This document shows positions 38,501 to 50,975 of a stretch of DNA of 53,704 nt, in pieces; position 1 is the first letter of the stretch, and every line of letters starts with the position of its first letter. Both the position numbers and the translations under genes were made by a program. The stretch comes from Phoronis australis (Eukaryota > Animalia > Phoronida), in contig NMRA01000316.1 in the NCBI GenBank assembly GCA_002633005.1, positions 123,901 through 177,604 of the forward strand, read 5' to 3'. The notes beneath the pieces are model-generated. The model had not been told where the DNA came from. It searched no databases and saw only the letters and a program-made list of their open reading frames with translations.

Positions 38501-41500
38501 GATATGGGAAATACATTCGGTATGGCATATTTCTTAAGAACGGGTTTAACTTGACCATTTCGTTATCTGGCGACAACATATGTTTTGCGCCGTTTTAGAC
38601 GTGGAGTGAACGGTAAAGCAGCGCGGTCTTGACACCAACGAGCCAATCCGACAGATTCTGTCTTCCACTGGAAGTCGGTAATAGGGAATTCCTTAAACGT
38701 TTCGAGAGTGCACGACAGTTGCATCCCTAAATGCAACAATTTACAAGCATGTACACTGTATGAGTAAGACCAAAAGAAATATTAATGAAGGTCTAACGTT
38801 TTCCAAGCCGGGGAACATAACGGCGCATCCGATCTCAAAAAGAGTATAAAGTGCATTTGAGCAAAGCTGGGGAGAATGATTCGGGTCGCGAACGTCAATT
38901 CCGGAGTGCTACGCAAGCTGTAGATTTATTTTGAATTCCCTTTCGAGGAGTTTTTCTTCCACATGGATAATTAAAATAGAATCGAACTGGCCAGAAGCGT
39001 GTTTTCCGAGATAAAGAGATTTTTAGTCGGTGACCACAATGTATATACGAAAATCAGCAACAACCAGTTCATTATGTTTTAATGTCATTTCCGTTGAACC
39101 AATTCCTTTGATGCCATTCACGTCGCGAAATTAGTAAATTTGCCACACTCTGCAGTCAGCACATATCACGTGTTCAAATTACAATCGGAGGTAGACAAAC
39201 GGAATTCGCAATTGTTCGGCAAATATCGGGTAAGTTCATACATTGAAACACCCGCCCCTAGTACTTCCGATCGTCTGCGTTCTCCGCAGGTATGAGTAAT
39301 TCAATTCATTTGATGTAGGGGGAACAAATCAGAATACAACACGTAGTATATCTGAATAGATTACGGAATAATCGGGTAAGCATTTTCAAGTGACTGAACA
39401 TTCGACATCAGGACCTTTGTTAAATGATTTGAAAAAGCGGTATGGAGTTCGCAAGGTATTATTGAACTTGCGACATCCTTACGATGGACGTAAGTACGTC
39501 GTAAGATTTTCGCCTCCCGGAGGCTACCACTGTTTTTGTTGCGTCGTTGATGGATATAACAATGCAGACCACGTGGATATCCTACGTGTACCTTCGGCGC
39601 ATATCAGCCGTTTACCGATAAATGCTTGTCATTGTAACAAAGAAAAACAAAACAAAACAAAATGACCATTGAATGAGCGACCAGCTTGCGACCTAGTTTC
39701 CCGTTTCAACAGTACATGTATGTAGTTTATCCAGTGTTCAAAGAGTTCTGTTTTCTTTTTCGTCGGATACATAGTTGTTATTTTACGTACTGTGTCGGGT
39801 CAGTTAAGGCACTCTATTACCGCAGTTGACACCTGAGTATTACAGTACCTGTAGAGGTCTCTAGCAACGTCATTTTGATCTCTGACGTACCCAGCCGGAT
39901 CTTCTGTGTAGCTAAACCCTGCCCCTACCTGTAACACACATGGACCCCGGTAAATGAATTGTACGTCACACAGAATGGTGATAATATTCAATCACTTGAC
40001 AATGACGCCTAACATATGAAAAACTAACCGCAACTGACTTACCGGATTATCTAGGTATATAATTGACAAATTCCGAGTCCATGTAATTTCCCGAAGATAC
40101 ACTGAAAAAGAAAAGTGTCTGACTCATTGCTTCATGTAATTCGTTCTGAGCGCTACTACATGTACATGTACATTGTACTTTTCAAGACTGCAAGTACATG
40201 TATGGATGTTAAAACATCAAATAAAACTAACGTTGTTCAATAGGATCGAATTTCCAATCATTCAAATTACAAAAACAAGTTTTCCAACTGATGACAAAGA
40301 ACTTACGCTCATTGTCGTCGCCGACGCGTAGCGGTCCGTGTTCATTGAATAGGCCTATCATGGAAGAACTTCCGGGACCTCCTTGAAGCCAAAGCATGAC
40401 GGGGTCATTGGCTGGATCGGCCTTTTGGAGGAAATATTCACACACTAGAGTTTACGAAAAAATTTCGAAACAATACTAAACCATTTCATTCACGTTACTG
40501 CCATGAATATTTTAGCGTCGTTAATAATGATGATAATTGATGACTGGTTAAACATGGTGATTATAACAAGAAACATGAAGAACGATGCCCTGCAAAAGAA
40601 GACGACTGCAGTTTAGGACATTAATATCTTAAAATTTAGTAAAATGCACTTTTTACTTGAGCTCGTCCTAAGATATTTTCCTTGATCTCTATTTGTGTGA
40701 ATGTACATGGTTCATTTGGAATACCTTCAAAGTTTTGCCCCAGTGCTACGAGTAACACCACTGTCAAAAAGTCATGAAGTATAAAATCCGAACCATTGAC
40801 GGGCACTAAGCTAACCAACAATTAATAGAAATAGGGTAAGTCAGTCCGATTGTAATTGTTTAGTTAATTGATAAGAGTTTATTCAGTAGTTCTTGGAAAT
40901 CGTTTGGCGTAAAAAAGTCCACCTATTTGACCCAGTCTGCTTTGTTACACACGAATCTGGAATTTCTGACATTATAGTAGCAACTTGTCCAGACCGACGA
41001 AAAATTTTGGTATATATATATTAGGTATGCCCTTCAGACCAATGGATGTTGAAAACAAACTCAGTTCGCAATGACATACATGTGGAATTGTACGTTTAAA
41101 ATATTAAGCAAATCCATTTAGACTCTTCTCTCCGCTTCCGCTTAAAAGGCCAAGCACTCGTACATTCGTTGTTTTGGGGGAAATACTGACGTAGCAAATT
41201 TTAGTCATTTTTATCTTGTCGATTCTCCGTGTGATGTAAAAAGTTAAAAAGACGTGACTTTGTCTTTGACTGCCTGTATCCATAAGAAACGTCTCTGCGT
41301 CAGTTTGTATAAATTACGTGTCTTCAGGCAGAGTGGTACAAGGGCCTTTTCTAAAACCAGTTTGTGATTTTGACGAGATCAGCCACCAGTCGAACTTCTT
41401 TCGTCACCTTCCTGGGCAATTCACCACTAACGTTCAAACTAGGTCATGTACACAGGTGCCCACTCACGGAATTTTGCGTCCCAATAGGATCGCTCCATAT

Positions 41501-42923
41501 TTCACAGCGAAAGAACAACGTTACTTTGCCTTGGAGGTAAGAAAGTGCGTTTTTCTGTGAAGTTTTTGAACATCTAGCACATTTTCTAGCACCGTCATGG
41601 TGTGTGGATGTTGAAATGTTTCTCATTTCAACCATTTAAAAGTACATGTACCAGAATTGAAAGGTGTCTTCAAAAAATGTTGGTTTCAAAATTAAGTCGA
41701 CGAACTTTCTTCATCTACTCGCGCCAAATTTTCTTGTTTTTTGATTACTGTCGGGAATGCGACCAAGTTAACATCTCGTATCTGTGCATATTTGTCATTT
41801 TTTATCCAAATTTCTCCGAAGTTTCAGCCCACAGAACGGCAGTAACACTTCGTTGACATTGGAAGGACGAGTAGAGTACATGCAATGCATCCGAGAAAAT
41901 CTCCTAAATGCGACAGCAACAACGAACATGTGGAACCCAAATGACGTACATGTATAAAACGACAGACTACAAACGTTCTTGACGGATATTGCGGCATCTT
42001 GAGTAAACATGGCGACACTCGACTGTCGCTGTGTAATCTGACATGGATCTACTTGTCATATAAACAGTAACGATGTCAATCCTACGGAGATACATGTTGG
42101 GTTACAAGAATGTGCATAGCATATACATGTACATGTACCTACATTGCATCCGTAGATCGTCACATACCTGGGAAGGAAAAAACCAGAAGAACGTGTTGCT
42201 CCGAAAAACCTTGTTCACAGTAAGGAATCCTGCATAGGATTCTTGTTCAAACAGTTGAGAGGATGCAAGATATATCGGTCCTACCTTGCTAAGATTACGA
42301 GCTGAAAAGGTAATGCATTTATACTGAAATAAATATTACTCCACTATGAATGGGTCGCCCACTTTCCTATTTCGTTTTATTCACTCCTAGTTCGTGGGAA
42401 ACCTATTTAACAGCTACATGTATAAAACTGGAATTGTCAAGCCAAGTATTTCACCAGTGTTCATACATACATGTACGTGCTACCCTCATGACATGTATCT
42501 GAGGGCTGGCCTATATTTGTCGGTAAACTTAAGGTTGCAAGACCCATTCATCCATAACACACATGTTTTGAGTAAATGGTTGGCGCCACAGTTTTTCTTC
42601 TAAGGTATTGTCAAGTGTGTATTCAAGAGGCTGAAATTGCGCATGCGTTAAGAAAAATAAAACCTCGTAGTTTCCAAGCAATTCAAAATTTTCCTGGAGG
42701 TCTCAGTCTTTTATGGTACTCTTTAATCGTATTCCCTACCTCGATCAAATTCTCCATTTTCTATGTATGGTGTGAGGTACAGCGGTTCACCATATTCATC
42801 TTCCTTCTGCTTCGTGTATTCGTCCACGTTTGTAACTTTTTTGTCGTGCTTTCCGGCAATTTTACCAGCGTGGCTCGATAAAGTCACTGCAGCATGGGAG
42901 ACAAGTAGCCAGAACAAATTCAT
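32428..42923 (-). CDS. CPVL: CPVL-like serine carboxypeptidase (peptidase S10), paralogue B; 12 coding exons, 481 aa
   Basis: Exons: 42740-42923, 42168-42301, 40307-40421, 40043-40101, 39849-39928, 37515-37581, 37102-37224, 36328-36456, 35300-35392, 34342-34515, 33368-33550, 32428-32532. Sum is 1446 nt, introns GT-AG, intron positions and phases identical to paralogue A. Motifs: [33 protein letters not shown]. Confidence 0.95.
32582..32908. other. Assembly gap (327 N) in CPVL-B intron 11
   Basis: Run of N. Confidence 0.99.
33368..33550 (-). CDS. CPVL: CPVL-B coding exon 11 (catalytic Asp)
   Basis: [29 protein letters not shown]...[15 protein letters not shown]. Confidence 0.95.
34342..34515 (-). 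CDS. CPVL: CPVL-B coding exon 10
   Basis: [58 protein letters not shown]; 2 codons shorter than in A. Confidence 0.93.
35300..35392 (-). CDS. CPVL: CPVL-B coding exon 9
   Basis: [31 protein letters not shown]. Confidence 0.93.
35960..36170 (+). mobile_element. Penelope-like element remnant (GIY-YIG endonuclease C-terminal part)
   Basis: Frameshifted translation [44 protein letters not shown] matches the RxxEH...SAxxxH...GHxID...ILDxE...RxxxE pattern. Confidence 0.7.
36328..36456 (-). CDS. CPVL: CPVL-B coding exon 8
   Basis: [43 protein letters not shown]. Confidence 0.93.
37102..37224 (-). CDS. CPVL: CPVL-B coding exon 7 (catalytic Ser)
   Basis: [41 protein letters not shown]. Confidence 0.95.
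37515..37581 (-). CDS. CPVL: CPVL-B coding exon 6
   Basis: [22 protein letters not shown]. Confidence 0.95.
37810..39710 (+). repeat. Pair of diverged ~280-bp direct repeats (37810-38100 and 39440-39710)
   Basis: Shared collinear blocks cgcaaggtatt, tttgttgcgtc, gtacctt, cgataaatgcttgtcatt and gcgac.agcttgc. Confidence 0.65.
39849..39928 (-). CDS. CPVL: CPVL-B coding exon 5
   Basis: [27 protein letters not shown]. Confidence 0.95.
40043..40101 (-). CDS. CPVL: CPVL-B coding exon 4
   Basis: [20 protein letters not shown]. Confidence 0.93.
40307..40421 (-). CDS. CPVL: CPVL-B coding exon 3
   Basis: [38 protein letters not shown]. Confidence 0.95.
42168..42301 (-). CDS. CPVL: CPVL-B coding exon 2
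   Basis: [45 protein letters not shown]. Confidence 0.95.
42740..42923 (-). CDS. CPVL: CPVL-B coding exon 1 (signal peptide)
   Basis: [20 protein letters not shown]...[17 protein letters not shown]; acceptor tttgcag at 42945-42946; donor G|GTAGGG. Confidence 0.88.
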
Positions 42924-43836
42924 TTCTAAATTAATTTGCCGGCTCTGCAAAGGAAAGTAAACCGATATGCTCACTACTCACTCGAAACCAAGTGCTTAGA
43001 TGGTGAGCAGTTTGAAAGCAAAATTATATAACCCTACCCTGGATTGTCACTAAATCAGTTGCCACTAACTTTCTGTTCAAATGACCTTCATATATCTGTA
43101 TCCCCTTTTCACTGCGTTTGAAATTTTTGACTCACTTCCATTTACGAACAGCAATTTTGCGGTGCGTTTCACTTTTAATCGATGTTTTCAACGTTTGCCA
43201 AAAATATCACCACCAATCCTTCCTATCTTTGCAGTAACGTTTATCGGTGCTGTGAGCCTTTGACTTATGGTTTATTCCCGTGCACGTCACAACCTGAATA
43301 ACTATTTTTTCTCGACTCCCCGGTTGCCAAATATCAGCGGAGTAAATGGATGAAGCGTGTTGGAATCGGTGGGGCCGGAAAAAGCTCGGCAAGGTCGATA
43401 TAAATTTCTCACTCACGTAAGTTCTGCAGTCATCAATATTAACCTACGGGCACCATCAACCTAGTCCCCCAGTCACTTTAAATTTCACTTCTAGACCGAT
43501 TTCATTCACCATGCATCTTTCAATCTTCACTGTCCTAATTCGCTTACCATTTTATACGTGTATATGGGACATTTTCTTCGGCACCTGGCCACCCGTCATG
43601 ATTCAAAGTTCTCAGCCAACCCTCATCAATGCTACTTTTTGACATTCTCATCAAGCTGCTTAGGGACTATTCAGTCCGTGTTGGAAGAAAAATTATTCGA
43701 TCGTCTTCTACATCGTTAGGGTCGCTGCGATTCTTTCCTTTCCCTTTCAAGCTATCCCCGGTGTGCTCATTGCATTGAAATCTACATGTATCCAGCACGT
43801 GCACATCAGTCTGAGCAACTTTTAAAGTTAACGCCG

Positions 43837-45819
43837 ACTATACTATGTATCTTGAAACTATTACAGATAGCAGAAGTACTTTAGTTGAAACCCAAAATTC
43901 TCAGTCCCGTTTTCATCAAATATTTTTCAGGTTGATGCAGACCGTCAGTTTCGGTTTGCAGATAAGTTAATCATTATTTTAACGTTGTGTGAGCCCCATC
44001 AAGCCCTAACGCCAGTGAAGTATCCGTGTCTTCTTCGTAAGCGGCATTACGAATATGGACACAGCAAAACTCTTGGACAAACGAATAATACTTCAAATAA
44101 TATCAATAATTTCAAAGGAAATCTCAAGTTAGAAGACTTAAAACATGTACAATCATACCTCTGCGATACGCTGAACTGCATTTTCAGAGACGCCCAATTA
44201 CAAGCACATGCTCTTTCAAAAGGGGAAACAATTGAGAATTACGCCTGCGTGTACATGTACAGTAGTTAGTCCAAACGTTCTTGATTATAAAATGATAACG
44301 AAAAGAAAATTGCCCAGTTGTTGTAATCGGCTGCTTTTGATATGGTGGCGCATTACATTGCTGTGACATTTATCGCAGTTTAGTATACTTACATGTTCAT
44401 GTGCTTAACTGCTCAGTCTCCCATTGGTGCGCTCATCCGAGCGATCTTACGTCAAAACATCATAGGCTGAACAATAGGCAATAATTATACAGAAGTGAAA
44501 TCCTTGCCTGGATTAGCGTGGAGTTTAGAGGGATCTGGGGAACCGTATCAAATTCTTCCCGTGGGTTTCGCCTGAAGATGTTCTGGGATTGGGGTTTAAT
44601 GATCGCGTCTGGAATTTTGATGAGCGCTCATACATGTAGGATTAGTTCCACCTAATGGCCCGGCTCAGTTAAACATATTTCTGTTCACATCACAGTGATG
44701 TCAAGCCCATTTCAAAGCCTGGATTTACCGATGGTGGGGAGAAAAACTACTTCTACATGTACGTTGGCATGCAGCTGCGACCAGCGTCCATTTTACTTTT
44801 CATCGGGTGATTGCGGCATTATCATACNACTATACTTTGTATCTTGAAACTATTACAGATAGCAGAAGTACTTTAGTTGAAACCCCAAATTCTCAGTCCC
44901 GTTTTCATCAAATATTTTTCAGGTTGATGCAGACCGTCAGTTTCGGTTTGCAGATAAGTTAATCATTATTTTAACGTTGTGTGAGCCCTATCAAGCCCTA
45001 ACGCCAGTGAAGTATCCGTGTCTTCTTCGTAAGCGGCATTACGAATATGGACACAGCAAAACTCTTGGACAAACGAATAATACTTCCAGTAATATCAATA
45101 ATTTCAAAGGAAATCTCAAGTTAGAAGACTTAAAACATGTACAATCATACCTCTGCGATACGCTGAACTGCATTTGCAGAGACGCCCAATTACAAGCACA
45201 TGCTCTTTCAAAAGGGGAAACAATTGAGAATTACGCCTGCGTGTAAATGTACAGTAGTTAGTCCAAACGTTCTTGATTATAAAATGATAACGAAAAGAAA
45301 ATTGCCCAGTTGTTGTAATCGGCTGCTTTTGATATGGTGGCGCATTACATTGCTGTGACATTTATCGCAGTTTAGTATACTTACATGTTCATGTACTTAA
45401 CTGCTCAGTCTCCCATTGGTGCGCTTATCCGAGCGATCTTACGTCAAAACATCATAGGCTGAACAATAGGCAATAAGTATACAGAAGTGAAATCCTTGCC
45501 TGGATTAGCGTGGAGTTTAGAGGGATCTGGGGAACCGTATCAAATTCTTCCCGTGGGTTTCGCCTGAAGATGTTCTGGGATTGGGGTTTAATGATCGCGT
45601 CTGGAATTTTGATGAGCGCTCATACATGTAGGATTAGTTCCACCTAATGGCCCGGCTCAGTTAAACATATTTCTGTTCACATCACAGTGATGTCAAGCCC
45701 ATTTCAAAGCCTGGATTTACCGATGGTGGGGAGAAAAACTACTTCTACATGTACGTTGGCATGCAGCTGCGACCAGCGTCCATTTTACTTTTCATCGGGT
45801 GATTGCGGCATTATCATAC
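43837..45819 (+). repeat. 991-bp near-identical tandem duplication split by one N
   Basis: 43837-44827 and 44829-45819 differ only by scattered SNPs; N at 44828. Confidence 0.95.
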
Positions 45820-46987
45820 AAATCGTGCGGGTTCTCTCTTCGACCTTAGTTTAATATCCCACTGGTATCCTATTGATTGCTAGCCTCAGTCATGTTCTTT
45901 AAAATGTTCGTAGAACGGCAAGGAAACGGAGACAAACGAAATTTGCCGATTAATCATCAACCTTCACAGAAATGTTGAGGCCTGTAGCTTGCTGTTTCAA
46001 CATGGCACTCGTTTAATGAAACTGTCCTGTTTTAACTGAAGTCGAGCTAATTTAAGACCAAAACTTCCTAGCCCGGTTTCATGAGACTTCTTAAAGATAT
46101 TGTTGCCAACTAGGAACACATGCTGAGTTTCATTAGTCGATAGATATCATCAAATTATAATAATTTTGTAAGGGTTAGATCTGCTTATGTTTGCCTTATT
46201 TTGCTATGATTCTTTTAAATAGTAAATCAAGATTCTGCGAAACCGTTGTTATATGCTGCGGAAGCTAAGAAGGTACCCATAATATATGAGTCATTTGTCA
46301 TTCACTACAGCAGTAATTTTAGGTGGTGATGAACCATCAAAATAAGCCAAGACCGAAAGTTAGCCGACTAAGGATAGGCTTAAGATTGGACTTTTCATTT
46401 AATGACTAATACATGTATTTACGTAAACTATGTTATCACTTTAACCTGTTGAGCAACAAATTCAATTTCGTTCAAATTGTTCAGTCCGACATAAAAAACA
46501 AGTTAAAGGATTGAGTTTTCCAAGAATGGGAAATTCAAAGTCAATTGTATTAAAAAGTTAATGTTATTTGCTGTCTTTTTTTAAACTTTCTGTATTGCGC
46601 AATGCTTAGATGTGACAGAAAATGCAAATTTTATAAAATCCAAAACTATAAGTTAATGTTGCAATCGTTGTTTAGAAATTGAAGCAGGAAAAGGTAAAAT
46701 GAGAGGCTGTGTGATTTGTCAAAAATTTGGAACTTCTGTAACTGAAGACGAATTCCATTTTATTACAAACTTTACATGATGAATTACGAGATACGTTCAT
46801 TTCTGAATTCATTCATTGGGTTAATGCGAGACGTCTCACAAATGCTCAATCTGTCTTAATACTGGCCAGCCAGCTAGCTGTATGAAGACTGTCGTCAAAA
46901 TACAGCTAGGTACCACTGTGTGTATTTCTTCCGTAGACCCCGAAATTGAACGCAGCCAGGGTAGTTCTGCTCGTCACCGCGCCGTGA

Positions 46988-47580
46988 AACTTGTATCAAA
47001 TGGTAAAGCTAAAGACCGGACGGTGTGCATGCAAAATCTGGGAATCAACCTATATTCACCTTGCCCGTTAAAGTCGTTTAAGTGAAAAACAATGCAATAA
47101 ACATCATTTTCCTGCGTAACTCTCCGCCTTTTCTAACAATGAAAAGTATGTCGTCGTTTTGAAAACAATACGCTCGTGGCACGCGCACGCGCCATTTCCT
47201 AAATATTCGCGACAACTTCGGAGATGCAAAATATGTTCTGAAGTTCGGTTTTTCGGTACCGAAATTCTAAAATCTTGTAATGAAGTGAAACCAGTTCCAA
47301 TAATTTGTTGTGACGTGTACGCAAGCTCGTGAAAGAACAGCAGTTGATTGAGGAATCGGTGAAAAAAGAAACTGGCCAATAGGTGACGCAATATTTCATG
47401 GCGCCGAAAGTCGTCGCTAAAGAGCGTTCCACAACTTTAGCAGCAGAATAACGGTAGAACGCCATTTTTTCCAACATTGTTAAATAATTTGTTTACTCAA
47501 GGAAGACTGTAGTTTTTAACGACACTAATTTTGTGTCGGAATTTATCTTACCACTTTTTTACCCACATCGGTGCAAAGCT
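46988..47580 (-). repeat. Interspersed repeat, copy b
   Basis: Inverted homologue of 22912-23489. Confidence 0.75.
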
Positions 47581-47890
47581 GTATGTTTATTTATATTGTA
47601 TATATACAGGTGTACATGTATAAACATACAGCTTTGTACCAAGGCTATCCTAATACCTGCTGTATGCTTGGCGAACAAGAAAATTAAAATGAGTGTACAA
47701 CTGTAGATGATGAACAGTACATGTATATTTCTGTTATATACGCGTCTTTGTACTTATGTATTTTGATATTATTGTACTATAGGCCGGAAACCTTCAACTT
47801 CAATATATTTTTTAGAATTTTATGTCCCTAGGCATAGTCAAATTGAAGATAACCAGCAAAGTACCGCAGACTCGTACTGTGGAGACAAAT

Positions 47891-48600
47891 AGAGAAGTTT
47901 CGCAAATCAACGTGAACGTGAATTACGTGCAACTCGCATTCATAATACCGCGTCATACATGCCGTTGTTGACTGTGACGTAATCCAGATCGTGTTTGAGT
48001 ATTTTACGCGGAAACAGATTCGCGTCGCTTTAAACGCGAAACCTGCGTCCATTTTTATTTTTAAGACATTGAATTGATTTTTATTTTGATAGTATTCTCA
48101 ATCTTTCTTCTTTGCTTCAGTATAAAATGAATATAATTCTTTTGTCTATAAATGTTCTTAAAGTTTATTTGCAAAAAAGCACCTTTTACAAAATCCTTAT
48201 TCTGTCGAGGTTCGCTGGATATCATCAAGCTAGAATGGATTTTTAACAGATATACATGTACTTTTGTGTTGTTAAATCTTTGCATGATTAATTTGCACGC
48301 ATCTATTTATTTTAAACTGCAAGTAAATTTTGCATTGTAAAAGTTGACCATTTCTCGCAGGAGTTCATAGAAACGACCTTTTTCCCGTAAAAGAAGCTAC
48401 ATCGGGAGCGTGACTTTTAAGTTTTTTTGTAAACTAGCTGACATGTACTAGGCCTACACTATCTGGACACTCTGAGATCAGTTACGTCCACGTTCACGTA
48501 AACATTTAGCTGTTGCGAAACCCATTCTGTAACGAGAATTGGCACGTGCAATTAAGTATGCGTCGTAATTTACGTTCACGTCGTTTCGCGAAACCTCTCT
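47891..48600. mobile_element. MITE (PIF/Harbinger- or ISL2EU-like)
   Basis: ~35-bp imperfect TIR agagaagtttcgcaaatcaacgtgaacgtgaattacg / cgtaatttacgttcacgtcgtttcgcgaaacctctct; 3-bp TSD aat. Confidence 0.75.
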
Positions 48601-50359
48601 AATACAATGCAACTTACATGTACGTGCACGTTTGAAATGATATTTTCCAGGCACACCAAGGCCTCACGTAAACCAGACCCCAATTGTATCCAAAATGTCG
48701 TAAACAAATCCCATTTAGAATTTCAATACCAAAGGTATTATTGAATCTTATTCTACTCACCACCTTTCTTAGATTTTTGAATTCGCAAAAGATAAAGCTT
48801 GGTTTGTATGTTCACGTATTCTAAAACCCCGGCGAACTCATTTTTGTCTAAGTCAGGACAGAAGACCAAAAACGAATTTATGTTCATGAATTGCTTGTTT
48901 CTGAATTTTTATCTACGTCTCACATGTATCTTAGCCCGATTTTTGGCTTTCACCTACACCTGTAGACACATTTTGTCTTAACTATTAAGTCATTTTTCAT
49001 AAAACATTCGAGTTCTGTTATGTGTGTTACCCGACTTAAGTCCCTATTCTTAGCCTTTGGTAGGTATTCGTGACAGTGACACTGTTGAACGACTAAACCA
49101 AACCTGTTTGAAGAATTTAGTAAAACCACTGCAATAGAACGTGTCCTCTGAATTATTGGATATATATTCTTAAAACACGAAAAGTAGAGGTTGAGAAAAA
49201 TGCAAAAATATTCCCCTAGCAGTTCTCCTCACACGTTCGAGTTGCAGTGTACCTAGAATTTGATGATTTGCAACATCATTAAACTCACGGACCACATGAC
49301 GTTATTAATTTAAAATTGCTATACATGAGATAAAATTCTGATCGCTGTGTTTAATTGTAGGTTCGTGACACGCCTTCTGACGATCAGTGAGCAATCCTGG
49401 CTAAGTCGGGTGTCCCTCTTGCCGGATGACGGATGAGATGGAAATATCTTTGTGTAGTACTAAAAGTCACACGTTGGTGTTGCAAGACATTGCCGTGGCA
49501 ACTAATTCAACATGACAGTGTCCAGTGACTTAGGAGGAAGAGAGTAAGACTTTTTTACGACAAAGACAGGAATTACAAAAATGAAAAAAAAATCTTGAAA
49601 TTAACGCACCACTATCTGGGTGAATTGCGTGACATGCAACGACAATCAAAACATTGTGTGTTCATTTTAATCACGATAGTTACATAAAATTCAAGCTTTA
49701 TGGAATCAGACTTCACCGACTTCGTACTCTAAAGCCAGTAGACTTCGATGGTCGCGATTCAAGGTCTATCTGATGGGCTAACGGTTGCGTGATAAACCAT
49801 CGGGTGAGAAGAAGGATGACGTAGCCAAAAGTCAATGGTTCCCACAGGTGCTGACTCTTGCTTGGTAGTTTTGTCAACCAACGGTTGTCCAATGTTTTAC
49901 AGTGCTCCACCTTCATTGTTGCAGAGGAATAAAAACTTTAATTATAGCTTGGAACGGTGTGACCCGGAGATATAGCGTCTGACATAAAATTATTGTCATT
50001 AAAAACTATCATTTTCCTAGTTAGAAGTCCTTGCATTGAAACCGTATAATTTATTGTCCAAACACAGGCCGACCAATTTCCGGATGACCCGTAACCATTA
50101 AAGAAACATGGTTTATTACAGTGAGTTGTGTCAGTTGTGATTGAGGAACACATAAATTCAAGTGTCATTGTGCAACACGTATATGTATAATAGTATGTAT
50201 AACACTCGAATTGAGCATCAAATAATTACGTGCACAGGTCGAAATTACAACCGTGTGAACACATGTATCTACCAAAATAATACGGCGAATTTAACTGCAC
50301 GGAATTCAAGCCCGTTAGGGAAGTTACATGTACCATACACTGGAAGATTAAGCCAAAAC

Positions 50360-50975
50360 TAAAAGGAGAATGCTACCCGATGTAATTAGTTTTTTTGCCG
50401 TCTTAATCGGTCTATATCCTCATCGCCTCGCGTACGGTCGACCTTACCTTGCCAAGAGGTGTCGCGTTAACCTGTGAGGAAGGTGAGAAACGACGCTAGC
50501 GACGTCAGTGGTTCATATTCAGAGTGAATGCCGCTATGTTGCGGTGCATCGTTCCTGTTTGTCCGAGCTATGAAGCTGCGAAGAAAGCGGGTATATCGCT
50601 TTTTTACTTCCTCGAGAGTCCGAAAAGCTTAGGAAGTGGCTCATGGTAGTGAAAACTGAAATGTACGCTGTAAATAGCAAGTATGAAGCCTTGAAGCATC
50701 TCCGTTTCTGTGGCCTACAGACGTCGACAGTGCCTGACGAATGCCGGCTTACCAATAACTCCATACGTTCCGTTGTCTGAGCTTGTTCACGGCGCCTCTC
50801 TAGTATTTCTTCATTTTTGTATTCCTGTTCGAATTGATAGCTTGTAAAACTTAACGATCCACCTGCGAAGTCGGGACTGATGAGCTCGAGCTCGTCCTAA
50901 GTCGGGATTGCGAGTTGCCATGTTGGCGTTTATTACTGAGCGTTCTGTTTCAAAATGAATTATTCTCCCCCTAAC
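50360..50975. mobile_element. Decayed THAP-bearing DNA transposon (Kolobok-like)
   Basis: Plus strand 50536-50655: MLRCIVPVC...GISLF / frameshift / LPRESEKLRKWLMVVK (THAP N-terminus). Minus strand: ATG at 50921 and SYQFEQEY..EEILERRRE. Degenerate ggagaat/attctcc ends. Confidence 0.55.

Noticed and set aside
1760-42923. The two CPVL genes as a haplotype-duplication artefact
   Set aside because: The proteins and all introns are far too diverged to be alleles.
43985-45361. Duplicated 94/89-aa and 61/81-aa ORFs as a gene pair
   Set aside because: They are products of the 991-bp duplication, with no domain and frames altered by SNPs.
50876-50900. CTGATGAGCTCGAGC as a hammerhead core
   Set aside because: No GAAA box follows the stem.
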